A stretch of 64,000 bases of DNA from Xanthobacteraceae bacterium (GCA_031291445.1 JARLJA010000004.1:2754-66753); one strand, 5' to 3'. Shown: positions 28,895 to 37,870, numbered from the stretch's first letter. Made by a program: numbers and translations. The notes: a model not told the origin generated them from the sequence alone.

Positions 28895-29140
28895 TCACAA
28901 ACCGTTGACGCTGAGCCTGTTGCAGGATTCCACCGTGATGGTGTTGACGTTGGCGCACGGATCGAAGCGCGAACTCGCGGGCGCCGACGCAGGCGGGAGA
29001 TACATCCCGTACGCGGCGCGCACGGTGCGGTAATCGGCGGCGTGATGCCATTTGTGGTGCTTCGCGGTAGCCGCACCGGCGACTGAAGGCGCGGCAAGAA
29101 TGGCTGCGACAGCGAGGCTCGCAGCGAGTGGACGTTTCAT
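28895..29140 (-). CDS. Small secreted protein (81 aa) with a His cluster and a Cys pair
   Basis: aaggag RBS; signal peptide MKRPLAASLAVAAILAAPSVAGA, then KHHKWHH and ...DPCANVNTITVESCN. Confidence 0.7.
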   Translation of the reverse strand: MKRPLAASLAVAAILAAPSVAGAATAKHHKWHHAADYRTVRAAYGMYLPPASAPASSRFDPCANVNTITVESCNRLSVNGL

Positions 29141-29233
29141 GGCCCATCTCCTTCTATTCTTTCTTGCGACGGACTGCGTGTCGAATGGCAGAGCAGCGAC
29201 ACGCTGGCAAAGTGCAGCCGCAGCCGTGCAACC

Positions 29234-29255
29234 GCAACTAATATAAAATTTAGCG
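29234..29255. promoter_or_regulatory. Candidate operator, copy 2
   Basis: gcaactaatataaaatttagcg, ~95 bp upstream of the small secreted protein. Confidence 0.6.
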
Positions 29256-29573
29256 CCAGCGCTTATGTGCACGTGAAAACAGGCAAGCGTCGCACTCAAC
29301 GATCAGAAATGAATCCAATACCTCCCGACGGCGACGAGCGGATTCGTTTTCGGCGGGACCACTGAACGGGCAAGGACCTCGGCCACGCCGCCTTCGATCG
29401 ACGTTGCGCGCCTTCACGCCTTGGGGAAGGCGGGAAGGTCGGCGTTCAGGGCCGACGGCGCACGGGGCCGGCAAGGGCCGGACGCCTTGCCTCCGGCGAT
29501 CCGCGCTTGCGGCTTGCCAAGCATCGACGAATTGTCTTTGCTGCTGCCCGCGACATCAACCAATGAGGCGGCG

Positions 29574-30602
29574 ATGAGTGAAGTTCTCGTGACAGGCGGA
29601 TCGGGCTTCGTGGCGGGGCATTGCATCCTGCAGCTGCTCGCCGCCGGCCACGCGGTGCGCACCACCGTGCGCAGCCCGGCGCGCGAGGCCGACGTCCGCG
29701 CCACGCTTGGCGCCGGCGGAGGCAACCCGGGCGACCGCCTGTCGTTCGCCGCCGCCGACCTCACCAGCGATGCCGGCTGGGCCCAGGCCGTGGCTGGGTG
29801 CGACTACGTGCTGCACGTGGCGTCGCCGTTTCCGCTCGGGATTCCGAAGCATGAGGATGACCTGATCGTGCCGGCCCGCGACGGCACCCTGCGCGTGCTG
29901 CGCGCCGCGCGCGACGCCGGCGTCAAGCGCGTGGTGCTGACGTCGTCGTTCGCCGCGATCGGCTACGGACATCCGGATACGGCGAGGCCGTTCGACGAGA
30001 CCGACTGGACCGACGTCAACGGCGGCGGCGTCACCGCCTATGTGAAGTCGAAGACCATCGCCGAGCGCGCGGCCTGGGACTTCATCGCGCGCGAAGGCGG
30101 CGCGCTGGAGCTGTCGGTCGTCAATCCGGTCGGCATCTTCGGCCCGGTGCTCGGACCGGATCTCTCGACCTCGATCATCCTGATGCAACGCCTCATCAAC
30201 GGCGAGGTGCCCGGCTGCCCGCGGCTTGCCTTCGGCCTGGTCGACGTCCGCGACGTCGCCGACCTGCATCTGCGCGCCATGACCAGCCCCGCCGCCAAGG
30301 GCGAGCGGTTTCTCGCGGTGGCCGGCGAATTCATGCCGATGATCGACGTCGCCCGCGTGCTGCGCGAGCGCATGGGCCCGGCCGGGCGCCGCGCGCCGAC
30401 CCGGCAGTTGCCGGACTGGCTGGTGCGGCTGGTGGCGATGTTCGATTCCGACCTGCGCCAGATCGTGCCGGAACTCGGCAAGACCAAGAACGGCAGCAAT
30501 GCCAAGGCCAGGCGCCTGCTCGGCTGGTCGCCGCTCTCCAACGAGGACACCATCGTCGCCACCGCACAGAGCCTGGTCGAGCGCGGGCTGGCGAAGTCCT
30601 GA
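29574..30602 (+). CDS. NAD-dependent epimerase/dehydratase (aldehyde reductase, extended SDR)
   Basis: VLVTGGSGFVA, HVASPF, YVKSK, DVRDVADLH. Confidence 0.9.
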   Translation: MSEVLVTGGSGFVAGHCILQLLAAGHAVRTTVRSPAREADVRATLGAGGGNPGDRLSFAAADLTSDAGWAQAVAGCDYVLHVASPFPLGIPKHEDDLIVPARDGTLRVLRAARDAGVKRVVLTSSFAAIGYGHPDTARPFDETDWTDVNGGGVTAYVKSKTIAERAAWDFIAREGGALELSVVNPVGIFGPVLGPDLSTSIILMQRLINGEVPGCPRLAFGLVDVRDVADLHLRAMTSPAAKGERFLAVAGEFMPMIDVARVLRERMGPAGRRAPTRQLPDWLVRLVAMFDSDLRQIVPELGKTKNGSNAKARRLLGWSPLSNEDTIVATAQSLVERGLAKS

Positions 30603-30615
30603 CGCCTGATGGCGA

Positions 30616-31254
30616 TTACGCCACGCGATGCCCGAGCGCGGCGCGGTTGGCGGCGAAGGCGCGATCGTATTCGATGATCCCGGCGACGCGGTCGCGGGCG
30701 GCATCGCCGTAGAGCCGGCCGAGAATGTAGAGCATGCCGTCGATGGCGAGCGAGACGCCGCCGCTGGTGACGACGCCGTGGTCGTCGGACACCGCCGCCG
30801 CCGGCGCGGCCGCAACCGACGCGGCCAGCAGATCGAGCGGCGCCTGCGTTTCCGCCCCGACCGCGTTGCGGCGGGTGGTCGCGGTGCGGCCCGCCAGTTG
30901 CCCCGACGCCGCCAGGATCAGGGCCCCGGTGCAGACCGAAGCGAGCTGCGACGGCGCTCGGTCGCGGAGAAATGCCAGCATGCGGGGATTGTCGACCTGT
31001 TTGCGCCAGCCGGGGCCGCCGGTGACCACTGTCACGTCACAGGGCGGCGCATCCGTGAAGCCGGCGTCGGCGAGAATGGTGAGACCGCTCGCCAGCCGCA
31101 CCGGACCGGCCTGTTCGGCGATGGTCACATGGCGCAGCGCCGGCAGGATCCGCTGCGCCATCGATAGCACGCCGATGGTGCCGCCGACGTCGATCGGCTC
31201 GACGCCCTCATAAACCACGATGCCGATCACGGCGGGTTCGTCCATTGCCTTCAT
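30616..31254 (-). CDS. DJ-1/PfpI family protein
   Basis: VEPID, VTGGPG, ASVCTGA nucleophile elbow, TSGGVS. Confidence 0.85.
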   Translation of the reverse strand: MKAMDEPAVIGIVVYEGVEPIDVGGTIGVLSMAQRILPALRHVTIAEQAGPVRLASGLTILADAGFTDAPPCDVTVVTGGPGWRKQVDNPRMLAFLRDRAPSQLASVCTGALILAASGQLAGRTATTRRNAVGAETQAPLDLLAASVAAAPAAAVSDDHGVVTSGGVSLAIDGMLYILGRLYGDAARDRVAGIIEYDRAFAANRAALGHRVA

Positions 31255-31398
31255 GGTGTTCTCGCACTTCCTGTCGCGTGACTCGTGCCGCGGCCGCCGT
31301 ATGGGCCGAAACCCGGTCCCGTGTTATGCCATGGCGTGCAATTCGCGCGCCACGCGTGTAGTAGAATCTCGATCGTTCGCGTCGTCCACCGGATCGTC

Positions 31399-32046
31399 AT
31401 GCCAAAGTCTGCCGCCTCCAGATCCGCCTCGAAGTCCGCCGCCGGAACAGCCACCAGGCCGCCGCCGACCGAGGACGGCACGCGGTCCCAGGCCGAGATC
31501 CTGGCGGCCGAGGTGCGCTTCCACCGCAAGCGCCTCGGCCTGCCGCTCGAGGCGCTGGCGGAATTGTCGGGCGTCAGCCGCTCCATGATCTCGAAGGTCG
31601 AACGCGCCGAGGCGGTGCCCTCCACCACCGTGCTGTCGCGCCTCGCCGAAGCGCTCGGCGTGACATTCTCCCGGCTGATGGCGCCCGCCACCGAGCGCGA
31701 GGTGCTGCACATTCCGGCGCCAAGGCAGCCGGTGCTGCGCGACGAGGCCTCCGGCTTCCAGCGCCGCTGCCTGTCGCCGGTACTGCCCGGCCGCGGCATC
31801 GACTGGGTCCTCAACACCCTGCCGCCCAAGGCCACCACCGGCGATTTCACCGCGCACCGTCACGGCGTGTCGGAATACATCTACGTGCTCAAGGGCCGGC
31901 TCAGCGCCGTGATCGGCGAGCGCACCATCATCGTCGCCGAGGGCGACAGCCTCTATTTCGAGGCCGATGCCGGTCATTCCTTCACCAATATCGGCACCGG
32001 GCCCTGCGAATACTTCCTGGTCATAGACTCCTCGCGCATGCGGTAG
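31399..32046 (+). CDS. XRE-family HTH plus cupin transcriptional regulator
   Basis: LEALAELSGVSRSMISKVER HTH; EYIYVLKG...GDSLYF...HSF cupin. Confidence 0.9.
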   Translation: MPKSAASRSASKSAAGTATRPPPTEDGTRSQAEILAAEVRFHRKRLGLPLEALAELSGVSRSMISKVERAEAVPSTTVLSRLAEALGVTFSRLMAPATEREVLHIPAPRQPVLRDEASGFQRRCLSPVLPGRGIDWVLNTLPPKATTGDFTAHRHGVSEYIYVLKGRLSAVIGERTIIVAEGDSLYFEADAGHSFTNIGTGPCEYFLVIDSSRMR

Positions 32047-32072
32047 ACCTCGCGCTATCGTTGTTTTTTGGC

Positions 32073-32341
32073 GTCATTGCCGCGCTTGACCCCGGCAATC
32101 CCCCCTTCTCTTCCGCAGCGGCCGCCCTAAAGCGTGGACCCGCGGGTCAAGCCGCAGGTGACGCTGAGAATGCAGCGACGTGATTGGTTAGTCGCACGCG
32201 CTTCGGCAATCGCGGCGTCATTGCCGGGCAACCGGATCCGGCCTGCGGCCGGTCCGGCTGTAAACTTGACCCGGCAATCCACGCTTTGCGACGCGGCGAG
32301 GCCTCAAAGAGTGGATGCGCGGGTCAAGCGCGCTCATGACG
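32073..32341. repeat. Two tandem REP-like elements (GTCATTGCC...GGTCAAGC...TGACG); the second has a hairpin insert
   Basis: 32073..32163 and 32217..32341 share gtcattgcc/cttgacccggcaatc/gggtcaagc; same family as 6159..6283. Confidence 0.75.
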
Positions 32342-32477
32342 CGTAAAACAATGCACTTGCGAATGACGCGCAAAAGGTGAGCGGTTCCCGAATTGGCTGC
32401 GCATTTCCTAATCACTGACCGGCGGTGTGATGGACCGCCGTGCTCTCAAGTGCTTGAATTTCCTCATACGGGCAGTT

Positions 32478-32493
32478 TGGCACGCCCATTGCT
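32478..32493 (+). promoter_or_regulatory. Sigma54 (-24/-12) promoter
   Basis: TGGCAC-gccca-TTGCT, exact consensus and spacing, 47 bp upstream of the MFS gene. Confidence 0.82.
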
Positions 32494-32529
32494 TTCCTGG
32501 ATAGTGGATTTTTTTCCATCATGCAGGAA
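32494..32529. promoter_or_regulatory. Tandem TTCCA-N6-TGGAA-like operator sites
   Basis: ttcctggatagtggat (32494-32509) and ttccatcatgcaggaa (32514-32529). Confidence 0.55.
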
Positions 32530-32540
32530 GCGAGGCCGCC

Positions 32541-33860
32541 ATGTCCATAGCCCCCGCCGTCGAGGAACTGCCGCTTGCCGCCGCGGAAACCTCGGCCCTC
32601 AATCGCATCGTCTGGGCGAGCGTGCTCGGCACCGTGATCGAATGGTACGACTTCCTGATCTACGGCACCGCCGCAGCGCTGGTGTTCGGCAAGCTGTTCT
32701 TTCCGACGCTGGACCCGCTGGCTGGAACGCTGGCGGCGTTCGGCTCCTACGCGGTCGGCTTCGTGGCGCGGCCGCTTGGCGGCGTCGTCTTCGGCCATTA
32801 TGGCGACCGGCTCGGCCGCAAGGTGATGCTGGTGGCGACCATGCTGATCATGGGCATCGGCACCTTCCTGATCGGATGCCTGCCGACCTATTCCCACATC
32901 GGCATCTGGGCGCCGATCCTCCTGATCGGCCTGCGCCTGCTGCAGGGCATCGGCGTCGGCGGCGAATGGGGCGGCGCGGCGCTGATGGTGGTCGAGCACG
33001 CGCCCGAGGGACGGCGCGGCTTCTACGGCAGCCTGGTGCAGGTCGGATTTCCCGCCGGCATCGCCGGCTCGACCGCGACCTTCCTGCTGCTCGCCTATCT
33101 GCCGGAGGCCGACTTCCTGACATGGGGCTGGCGACTGCCGTTCCTGCTGAGCGCGATCCTGATCGCGGTCGGGCTGTTCGTGCGGCTGAAGCTCGCGGAA
33201 ACCCCGGTGTTCGAGCAGATCCGGCGCGAGGAGGCGGTGGCGCGGCTGCCGCTGGCGGAGCTCGTCAGCGATCACGGCAGGTCGCTCATGATCGCGGTCG
33301 GCCTCAAGGTCTCGGAGGTCGCCTGGGTCTACGTCTTGACGGTGTTCTCCATCGTCTACGCCACCAGCCAGCTCGGCCTGCCCAAGACCCTCATCCTCAA
33401 CGCCATCCTGGTGGCGGCGCTGCTGGAATTCATCACCATTCCGCTGTTCGGCTGGCTGTCCGACCAGGTCGGGCGCCGCACCATGTATATCGCCGGCGCG
33501 CTGATCAGCGCGGTCTGCGCGTTTGCGATCTTCGCTCTGCTCGACACCAGGAACCCGCTGATCGTCGTGCTCGCCATCGCCGTGGTCGTGAGCCTGACCC
33601 ATGCCGTGATGTTCGCGCCGCAGGCGGCCTTCCTGCCCGAGATGTTCGGCACCCGCACCCGCTACAGCGGCGCGTCGATCGGCTGCCAGGTGGCCGCGGC
33701 GCTGTCGGGCGGCTTCGCCCCGATCATCGCCACCGGCCTGTTGGGCTGGTCCGGCAAGAGCTGGCCGATCTCGGTGTTCCTGGTGGTGCTGGCAGCGATC
33801 ACGCTGACGGCGGCGCTGGCCTCGGTGGAAACCAAGGATCTCGACCTCTCCCGTGGCTGA
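32541..33860 (+). CDS. MFS transporter, metabolite:H+ symporter family (ShiA-like)
   Basis: IEWYDFLIYG, ARPLGGVVFGHYGDRLGRK, GGEWGGA, LAETPVF. Confidence 0.92.
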   Translation: MSIAPAVEELPLAAAETSALNRIVWASVLGTVIEWYDFLIYGTAAALVFGKLFFPTLDPLAGTLAAFGSYAVGFVARPLGGVVFGHYGDRLGRKVMLVATMLIMGIGTFLIGCLPTYSHIGIWAPILLIGLRLLQGIGVGGEWGGAALMVVEHAPEGRRGFYGSLVQVGFPAGIAGSTATFLLLAYLPEADFLTWGWRLPFLLSAILIAVGLFVRLKLAETPVFEQIRREEAVARLPLAELVSDHGRSLMIAVGLKVSEVAWVYVLTVFSIVYATSQLGLPKTLILNAILVAALLEFITIPLFGWLSDQVGRRTMYIAGALISAVCAFAIFALLDTRNPLIVVLAIAVVVSLTHAVMFAPQAAFLPEMFGTRTRYSGASIGCQVAAALSGGFAPIIATGLLGWSGKSWPISVFLVVLAAITLTAALASVETKDLDLSRG

Positions 33861-33878
33861 GCCACCGGCTTGACCCGC

Positions 33879-33894
33879 TTCCATGATAGTGGAA
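33879..33894. promoter_or_regulatory. TTCCA-N6-TGGAA palindrome upstream of ridA
   Basis: ttccatgatagtggaa; 13/16 identical to the site at 32494. Confidence 0.6.
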
Positions 33895-33926
33895 ATACGT
33901 CTCATCGTTTCTTAGAGGCCCGCACC

Positions 33927-34313
33927 ATGACCAAGACCATCGTCTCCACCCCCAAGGCGGCCCCGGCCGTCGGTCCCTACTCCCAGGCAACCCAGTCCGA
34001 GCAGATGGTGTTTGCTTCCGGCCAGCTTCCGATCGATCCCGCCACCGGCACCATTCCCGACGGCATCGAGGCCCAGACCCGCCAGTCGCTGGCCAACCTC
34101 ACCGCCGTGCTGGAAGCCGGCGGCGCCACGCTCGCCAGCGTCATGAAGACCACCGTGTTCCTCAAGAACATGAACGACTTCGCGGCGATGAACGCGATCT
34201 ACGCCGGTGCTTTCACGGATGCGCCGCCGGCGCGCTCGACCATCGAGGTGGCGCGGCTGCCGCGCGACGCGCTGGTCGAGATCGAGGCCATCGCCCTCCG
34301 GGTGCGGAGCTAG
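33927..34313 (+). CDS. RidA family enamine/imine deaminase
   Basis: GPYSQA, SGQLP, KTTVFL, PPARST (catalytic Arg), VEIEAIA. Confidence 0.92.
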   Translation: MTKTIVSTPKAAPAVGPYSQATQSEQMVFASGQLPIDPATGTIPDGIEAQTRQSLANLTAVLEAGGATLASVMKTTVFLKNMNDFAAMNAIYAGAFTDAPPARSTIEVARLPRDALVEIEAIALRVRS

Positions 34314-34317
34314 CTCC

Positions 34318-34902
34318 ATGCATGCTCCCGTCGCGGGCCGGCCGCCGCCGAAGATGGTGGAGGCGTTCAGCCATCCGGCCGGATCGGTCGCGGCCGCAAC
34401 CCCGGGCGGCGCCACCGCGTGGCGCGGCCGCCTCCTGCACATCCACGTCGCGCCGGAGGCGAGCTACGAGATGGAGGAACTCGCCGAGGCCGAGTGCGTG
34501 GCCGGCCGCGGCATCGTCGGCGACCGCTACTACAACGGCACCGGCACCTATTCGCCGAAGCCCGACGTACGCGAGGTAACCCTGATCGAGCAGGAGGCCC
34601 TCGACGCCCTGGCGCGCAACGATCCGCCGCTGCAGGACGGTCCGATCGTGCTGGAGCCGCGCGACCATCGCCGCAATCTCACGGTCGTCGGCGTGCCGCT
34701 CAATCACCTGGTCGGCCGGCGCTTCCGGGTCGGCGACGTCATCCTGCGCGGCGGCCGGCTGAATTTTCCGTGCAAGTATCTCGAGGAGATCCTCGGCAAG
34801 CCGGTGTTCCTGCCGCTCTACAACCGCTCCGGGCTGAACTGCGGGATCGAGCGCGGCGGCATCATCCGACCGGGCGACGTCATCGAACTGCTCGAGCCAT
34901 GA
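34318..34902 (+). CDS. MOSC domain protein (molybdenum cofactor)
   Basis: GRGIVGDRY, REVTLIE, RRNLTV, NFPC (Moco-ligating Cys position), GIIRPGD; start codon uncertain. Confidence 0.85.
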   Translation: MHAPVAGRPPPKMVEAFSHPAGSVAAATPGGATAWRGRLLHIHVAPEASYEMEELAEAECVAGRGIVGDRYYNGTGTYSPKPDVREVTLIEQEALDALARNDPPLQDGPIVLEPRDHRRNLTVVGVPLNHLVGRRFRVGDVILRGGRLNFPCKYLEEILGKPVFLPLYNRSGLNCGIERGGIIRPGDVIELLEP

Positions 34903-35837
34903 CCGCCCGCATCATCATGAAGCTGCGGGTCGCGCGGGCCCGCCTGACCGCGCCCGACGTGCTGCACCTCGACCTGGTGCATCCGTTGCGCCCCGAGCTG
35001 CCGGAATGGACCGCCGGCGCCCATGTCGACCTGCGGATGCCCGACGGCAAGATCCGGCAGTACTCGCTGTGCGGCGATCCGGCCGATCGCAGCAAATACG
35101 AGATCGCCATCAAGCGCGAGCCATCCGGCCGGGGCGGATCGGTCTGGGCGCACGAGCACCTTAAGGAAGGCGCCATCGCCCACGTCTCCGCGCCCCGCAA
35201 CAACCTGCCGCTGGTGGCGGCGCAACGCACCGTGCTGGTGGCGGGCGGCATCGGCATCACGCCGTTCGTTGCCATGGCCCATGAGCTGACGCGGCGCGGC
35301 CAGGACTTCGTCCTGCACTACTGCGCGCGTTCCCGCGAGGAGGCGCCGCTCATCGCCGAACTCGAAGCGATCTGCGGATCGCGGCTGAAGTGCTGGTTCT
35401 CCCGCGGCGGGTCGCGGTTCGACCCGGCGGTGATCGGCCCCCATGATGGCGGCACCCACGTCTATGTCTGCGGGCCGCAGCGGCTCTTGGATGCTGTGCA
35501 GGGCGCGCTGGCGGACTGGCCGGAGGAGCAGATCCATGGCGAGGTGTTCCAGGCGACGCTGGACGAGAACTTCAAGGCCGAGCCGTTCGAGGCCGTGATC
35601 GCCTCCACCGGCCAGCGTCTGCTGGTGCCGGCCGACCGCTCGCTGCTCGCGGTGCTGCGCGACGCCGGCTTCATCGTCGCCTCGTCCTGCGAGCTCGGCG
35701 TCTGCGGCTCCTGCGAATGCGGCTACCGTGACGGCCTCGTGATCCACCGCGACAAGTCGCTCGCGGTCGGCAAGCGGCAGGACCGCATGCTGCCCTGCGT
35801 CTCCCGCGCCCGGGTCAGCGTCACGCTGGAGATGTGA
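34899..35837 (+). CDS. PDR/VanB-family flavin-[2Fe-2S] oxidoreductase
   Basis: GAHVD, RQYSLC, GGIGITPF, YVCGP, SCELGVCGSC. Confidence 0.92.
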   Translation: MTARIIMKLRVARARLTAPDVLHLDLVHPLRPELPEWTAGAHVDLRMPDGKIRQYSLCGDPADRSKYEIAIKREPSGRGGSVWAHEHLKEGAIAHVSAPRNNLPLVAAQRTVLVAGGIGITPFVAMAHELTRRGQDFVLHYCARSREEAPLIAELEAICGSRLKCWFSRGGSRFDPAVIGPHDGGTHVYVCGPQRLLDAVQGALADWPEEQIHGEVFQATLDENFKAEPFEAVIASTGQRLLVPADRSLLAVLRDAGFIVASSCELGVCGSCECGYRDGLVIHRDKSLAVGKRQDRMLPCVSRARVSVTLEM

Positions 35838-35977
35838 CGCGCGGCTGGTGGCGCGCTCGCACCCTGCGGCATCCACACGTCTCGTCGCGGCTCCGGTCAT
35901 GTTGGCCGAGAGCTTCGTCTTCCGCGGTTAACCGTTTCCCCCTTATGGGATTATATACTAGACAAGTAGAGCCTGTG

Positions 35978-36268
35978 CTAAGGCTGTCGTTTTGTGAGGT
36001 AATCGACCATTTCCAAGATAACCGGTCTCACATGGGGCTGCCAGACATACACTGAAAGGAATAGGCCAAAGCTGAAGGCAGACACAAAAAACACAATCGC
36101 CCCCAGCGTCCCGTAGCCAACGAGCCACGCCGCGCCAACCCCTACAAAGAACGACGCGACGAGCCCGGAGACGAGGAAACTAAGCAGCAACGCAAAGCCG
36201 AGAAGGCCGAGCCAAAACCCGGCTACAAATTTTCCGCACTTCTCAAGGATGTGCGCAATTTGGCTCAT
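35978..36268 (-). CDS. Hypothetical membrane protein (96 aa)
   Basis: Strongly hydrophobic ORF; ATG overlaps the upstream stop (ATGA). Confidence 0.55.
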   Translation of the reverse strand: MSQIAHILEKCGKFVAGFWLGLLGFALLLSFLVSGLVASFFVGVGAAWLVGYGTLGAIVFFVSAFSFGLFLSVYVWQPHVRPVILEMVDYLTKRQP

Positions 36269-36405
36269 TTCGCCTTACGCCGTTCGGGCTTCGTCTTTGC
36301 AAGCCGCTCCATCAGCTCATCCGCAGCCGAATACTTTTCGTCCGCTTCGATCTCGCGGGCCTACTCAATGAAGGTTCTGGATTGCTCGGGGCCATCAAGC
36401 CGCAC
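36265..36405 (-). pseudogene. Small charged protein interrupted by an in-frame TAG
   Basis: GTG-RLDGPEQSRTFIE*AREIEADEKYSAADELMERLAKTKPERRKAK-TGA; TAG at 36361-36363; final stop coupled to the next gene. Confidence 0.5.
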
Positions 36406-36415
36406 GTCGCTAGAC

Positions 36416-36991
36416 TTATTTTCCGCCCTTCCATTCGAACAAAGGCCCGTCGCTTGCCTTTGGAGCCGCGCCCTTGGCCTGCCTTTTTCGTCGTCTCTCG
36501 TTCTTAGCTCGCTGCTCAATCTTGAGCAGCTTCGGATCTTTGTTAGAAACCCAACGCAATTCCCCGCCTTCAACCCAATTGCACGGCACATGATAAAATG
36601 AGGCCTTTCTCGCCCTCCTGATCTTGGCGGCAATCACAGGCCACCAATGAATCAGAAGAGCGCACTTGCGCCAAAACTTCCAATCCGACCACTGCGCCTC
36701 AAAAAATATGACTATGAACCCGTGCTCGATCAGCGCTAGCCGTTCGTGTGGTCGGTGCTTCATCCTGACATCACCAGATATAACGACCTTTCCGCCATCA
36801 TCAGCGAAGCGTTTCAACCAAGGAACGTCATCCTTGGGCCTATAATCATCATCTCCTGGTTTGGGCGTGTAGTCAGCCGCCGCCTTGATTGTGAAGTTTC
36901 CGGATATCCTCTTGAATTGGTTCTCGCTGGCGAAGTTCTGCAGAACTCTCACCAGACCTATTGGCACGTTCTGGTCAAATACAACCTTCAA
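36416..36991 (-). CDS. PIN-domain putative toxin (VapC45/PIN_10-like)
   Basis: KVVFDQNVP, DDVPWL, VISGD acidic PIN residues; coupled to the DUF433 gene. Confidence 0.78.
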   Translation of the reverse strand: MKVVFDQNVPIGLVRVLQNFASENQFKRISGNFTIKAAADYTPKPGDDDYRPKDDVPWLKRFADDGGKVVISGDVRMKHRPHERLALIEHGFIVIFFEAQWSDWKFWRKCALLIHWWPVIAAKIRRARKASFYHVPCNWVEGGELRWVSNKDPKLLKIEQRAKNERRRKRQAKGAAPKASDGPLFEWKGGK

Positions 36992-37671
36992 GCAGCTATC
37001 GCTAGGCTCTCCTCGAATTTGACAGCCTCGCGAACGTGCCGGATGGGTATTTCATAAATGTCGGCGACGAACTGCGCGTTTCCTTCGACTTTTACTGCTT
37101 TCGCAATTGTGTCTGTAGGAATGTTGCTGCGCTTCAGCACAGGATGACCAAACTCGATACGGGGGTGAAGAATTACATTCGGCGCAATCTTGGGCCTCGG
37201 CCTCCACTCGACAACTTCGCCCTGTGGATCAAAAAGAACATCTTCGCGGAGAGATTTCATTACGACAGATGGAATTTCATAGTTCTTTGTCCGTAGGTCG
37301 TAGACCAGCATCAACCCGTTTCGCAGCGCTATATCCGCAACGATTTTCCGACCATCAGTCTTGAATACCGTCTTGGTTGCAAACGGATGCGGATGGCGCA
37401 ACGTTTCTCGCGCCTCCGTCATGATGCGTCGAATTTCGCGCAGCTTCACACCAGCCTCAACGAAGCGCGCAATAAAGCGTAGCTCCATGAGGTTTGCGAA
37501 ACTGACGGCAGTCTTTTCGCCAACTCGACCAAGCTGATTGACGATGACGGGGTCTTGTTTTCCCGTATGGCCCTCGACCCAGACGCGAACGGACGCCTGC
37601 GGCGCGCTGACGAGTTCGGCAGCTTCCGGAATGCTGTAAATGCCAATTTCTAGTAGGTCCGGACGCACCAT
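36988..37671 (-). CDS. HTH plus DUF433 putative antitoxin (VapB45-like)
   Basis: N-terminal YSIPEAAELV HTH; C-terminal PRIEFGHPVLKRSNIPT...IYEIPIRHVREAVKFE. Confidence 0.8.
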   Translation of the reverse strand: MVRPDLLEIGIYSIPEAAELVSAPQASVRVWVEGHTGKQDPVIVNQLGRVGEKTAVSFANLMELRFIARFVEAGVKLREIRRIMTEARETLRHPHPFATKTVFKTDGRKIVADIALRNGLMLVYDLRTKNYEIPSVVMKSLREDVLFDPQGEVVEWRPRPKIAPNVILHPRIEFGHPVLKRSNIPTDTIAKAVKVEGNAQFVADIYEIPIRHVREAVKFEESLAIAA

Positions 37672-37870
37672 ATAATCTCGCCTTTTTCGCCGCGTTCCTA
37701 CGAGTCTCGGCAAGTCAATATCTTATCAACGATACCATTGGGCGCCTTCGTTGTGCGCGAAAAGTGTATAATTCCCCATGCGGGGAAGGTTAGGAACGGG
37801 GTGATGGAGAAGCCATGGCGCGGCAGTTCGTTTCTTCCGCCCTCACATCGATTTCTGAGTCTGCGGCTTA

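Larger units (their letters stand above)
35945..37779. mobile_element. Transposase-free cassette with imperfect terminal inverted repeats (IS1595/ISNwi-like non-autonomous element)
   Basis: Left end atgggattatatact, right end (reverse complement) atggggaattatacact; interior visibly AT-richer; removal rejoins ttcccccttgcggggaagg. Confidence 0.6.

Noticed and set aside
35930-37790. 8-bp target-site duplication for the IS1595-like cassette
   Set aside because: The flanks (ccccctt / gcgggg) show no 8-bp direct repeat; at most a 2-bp AT.
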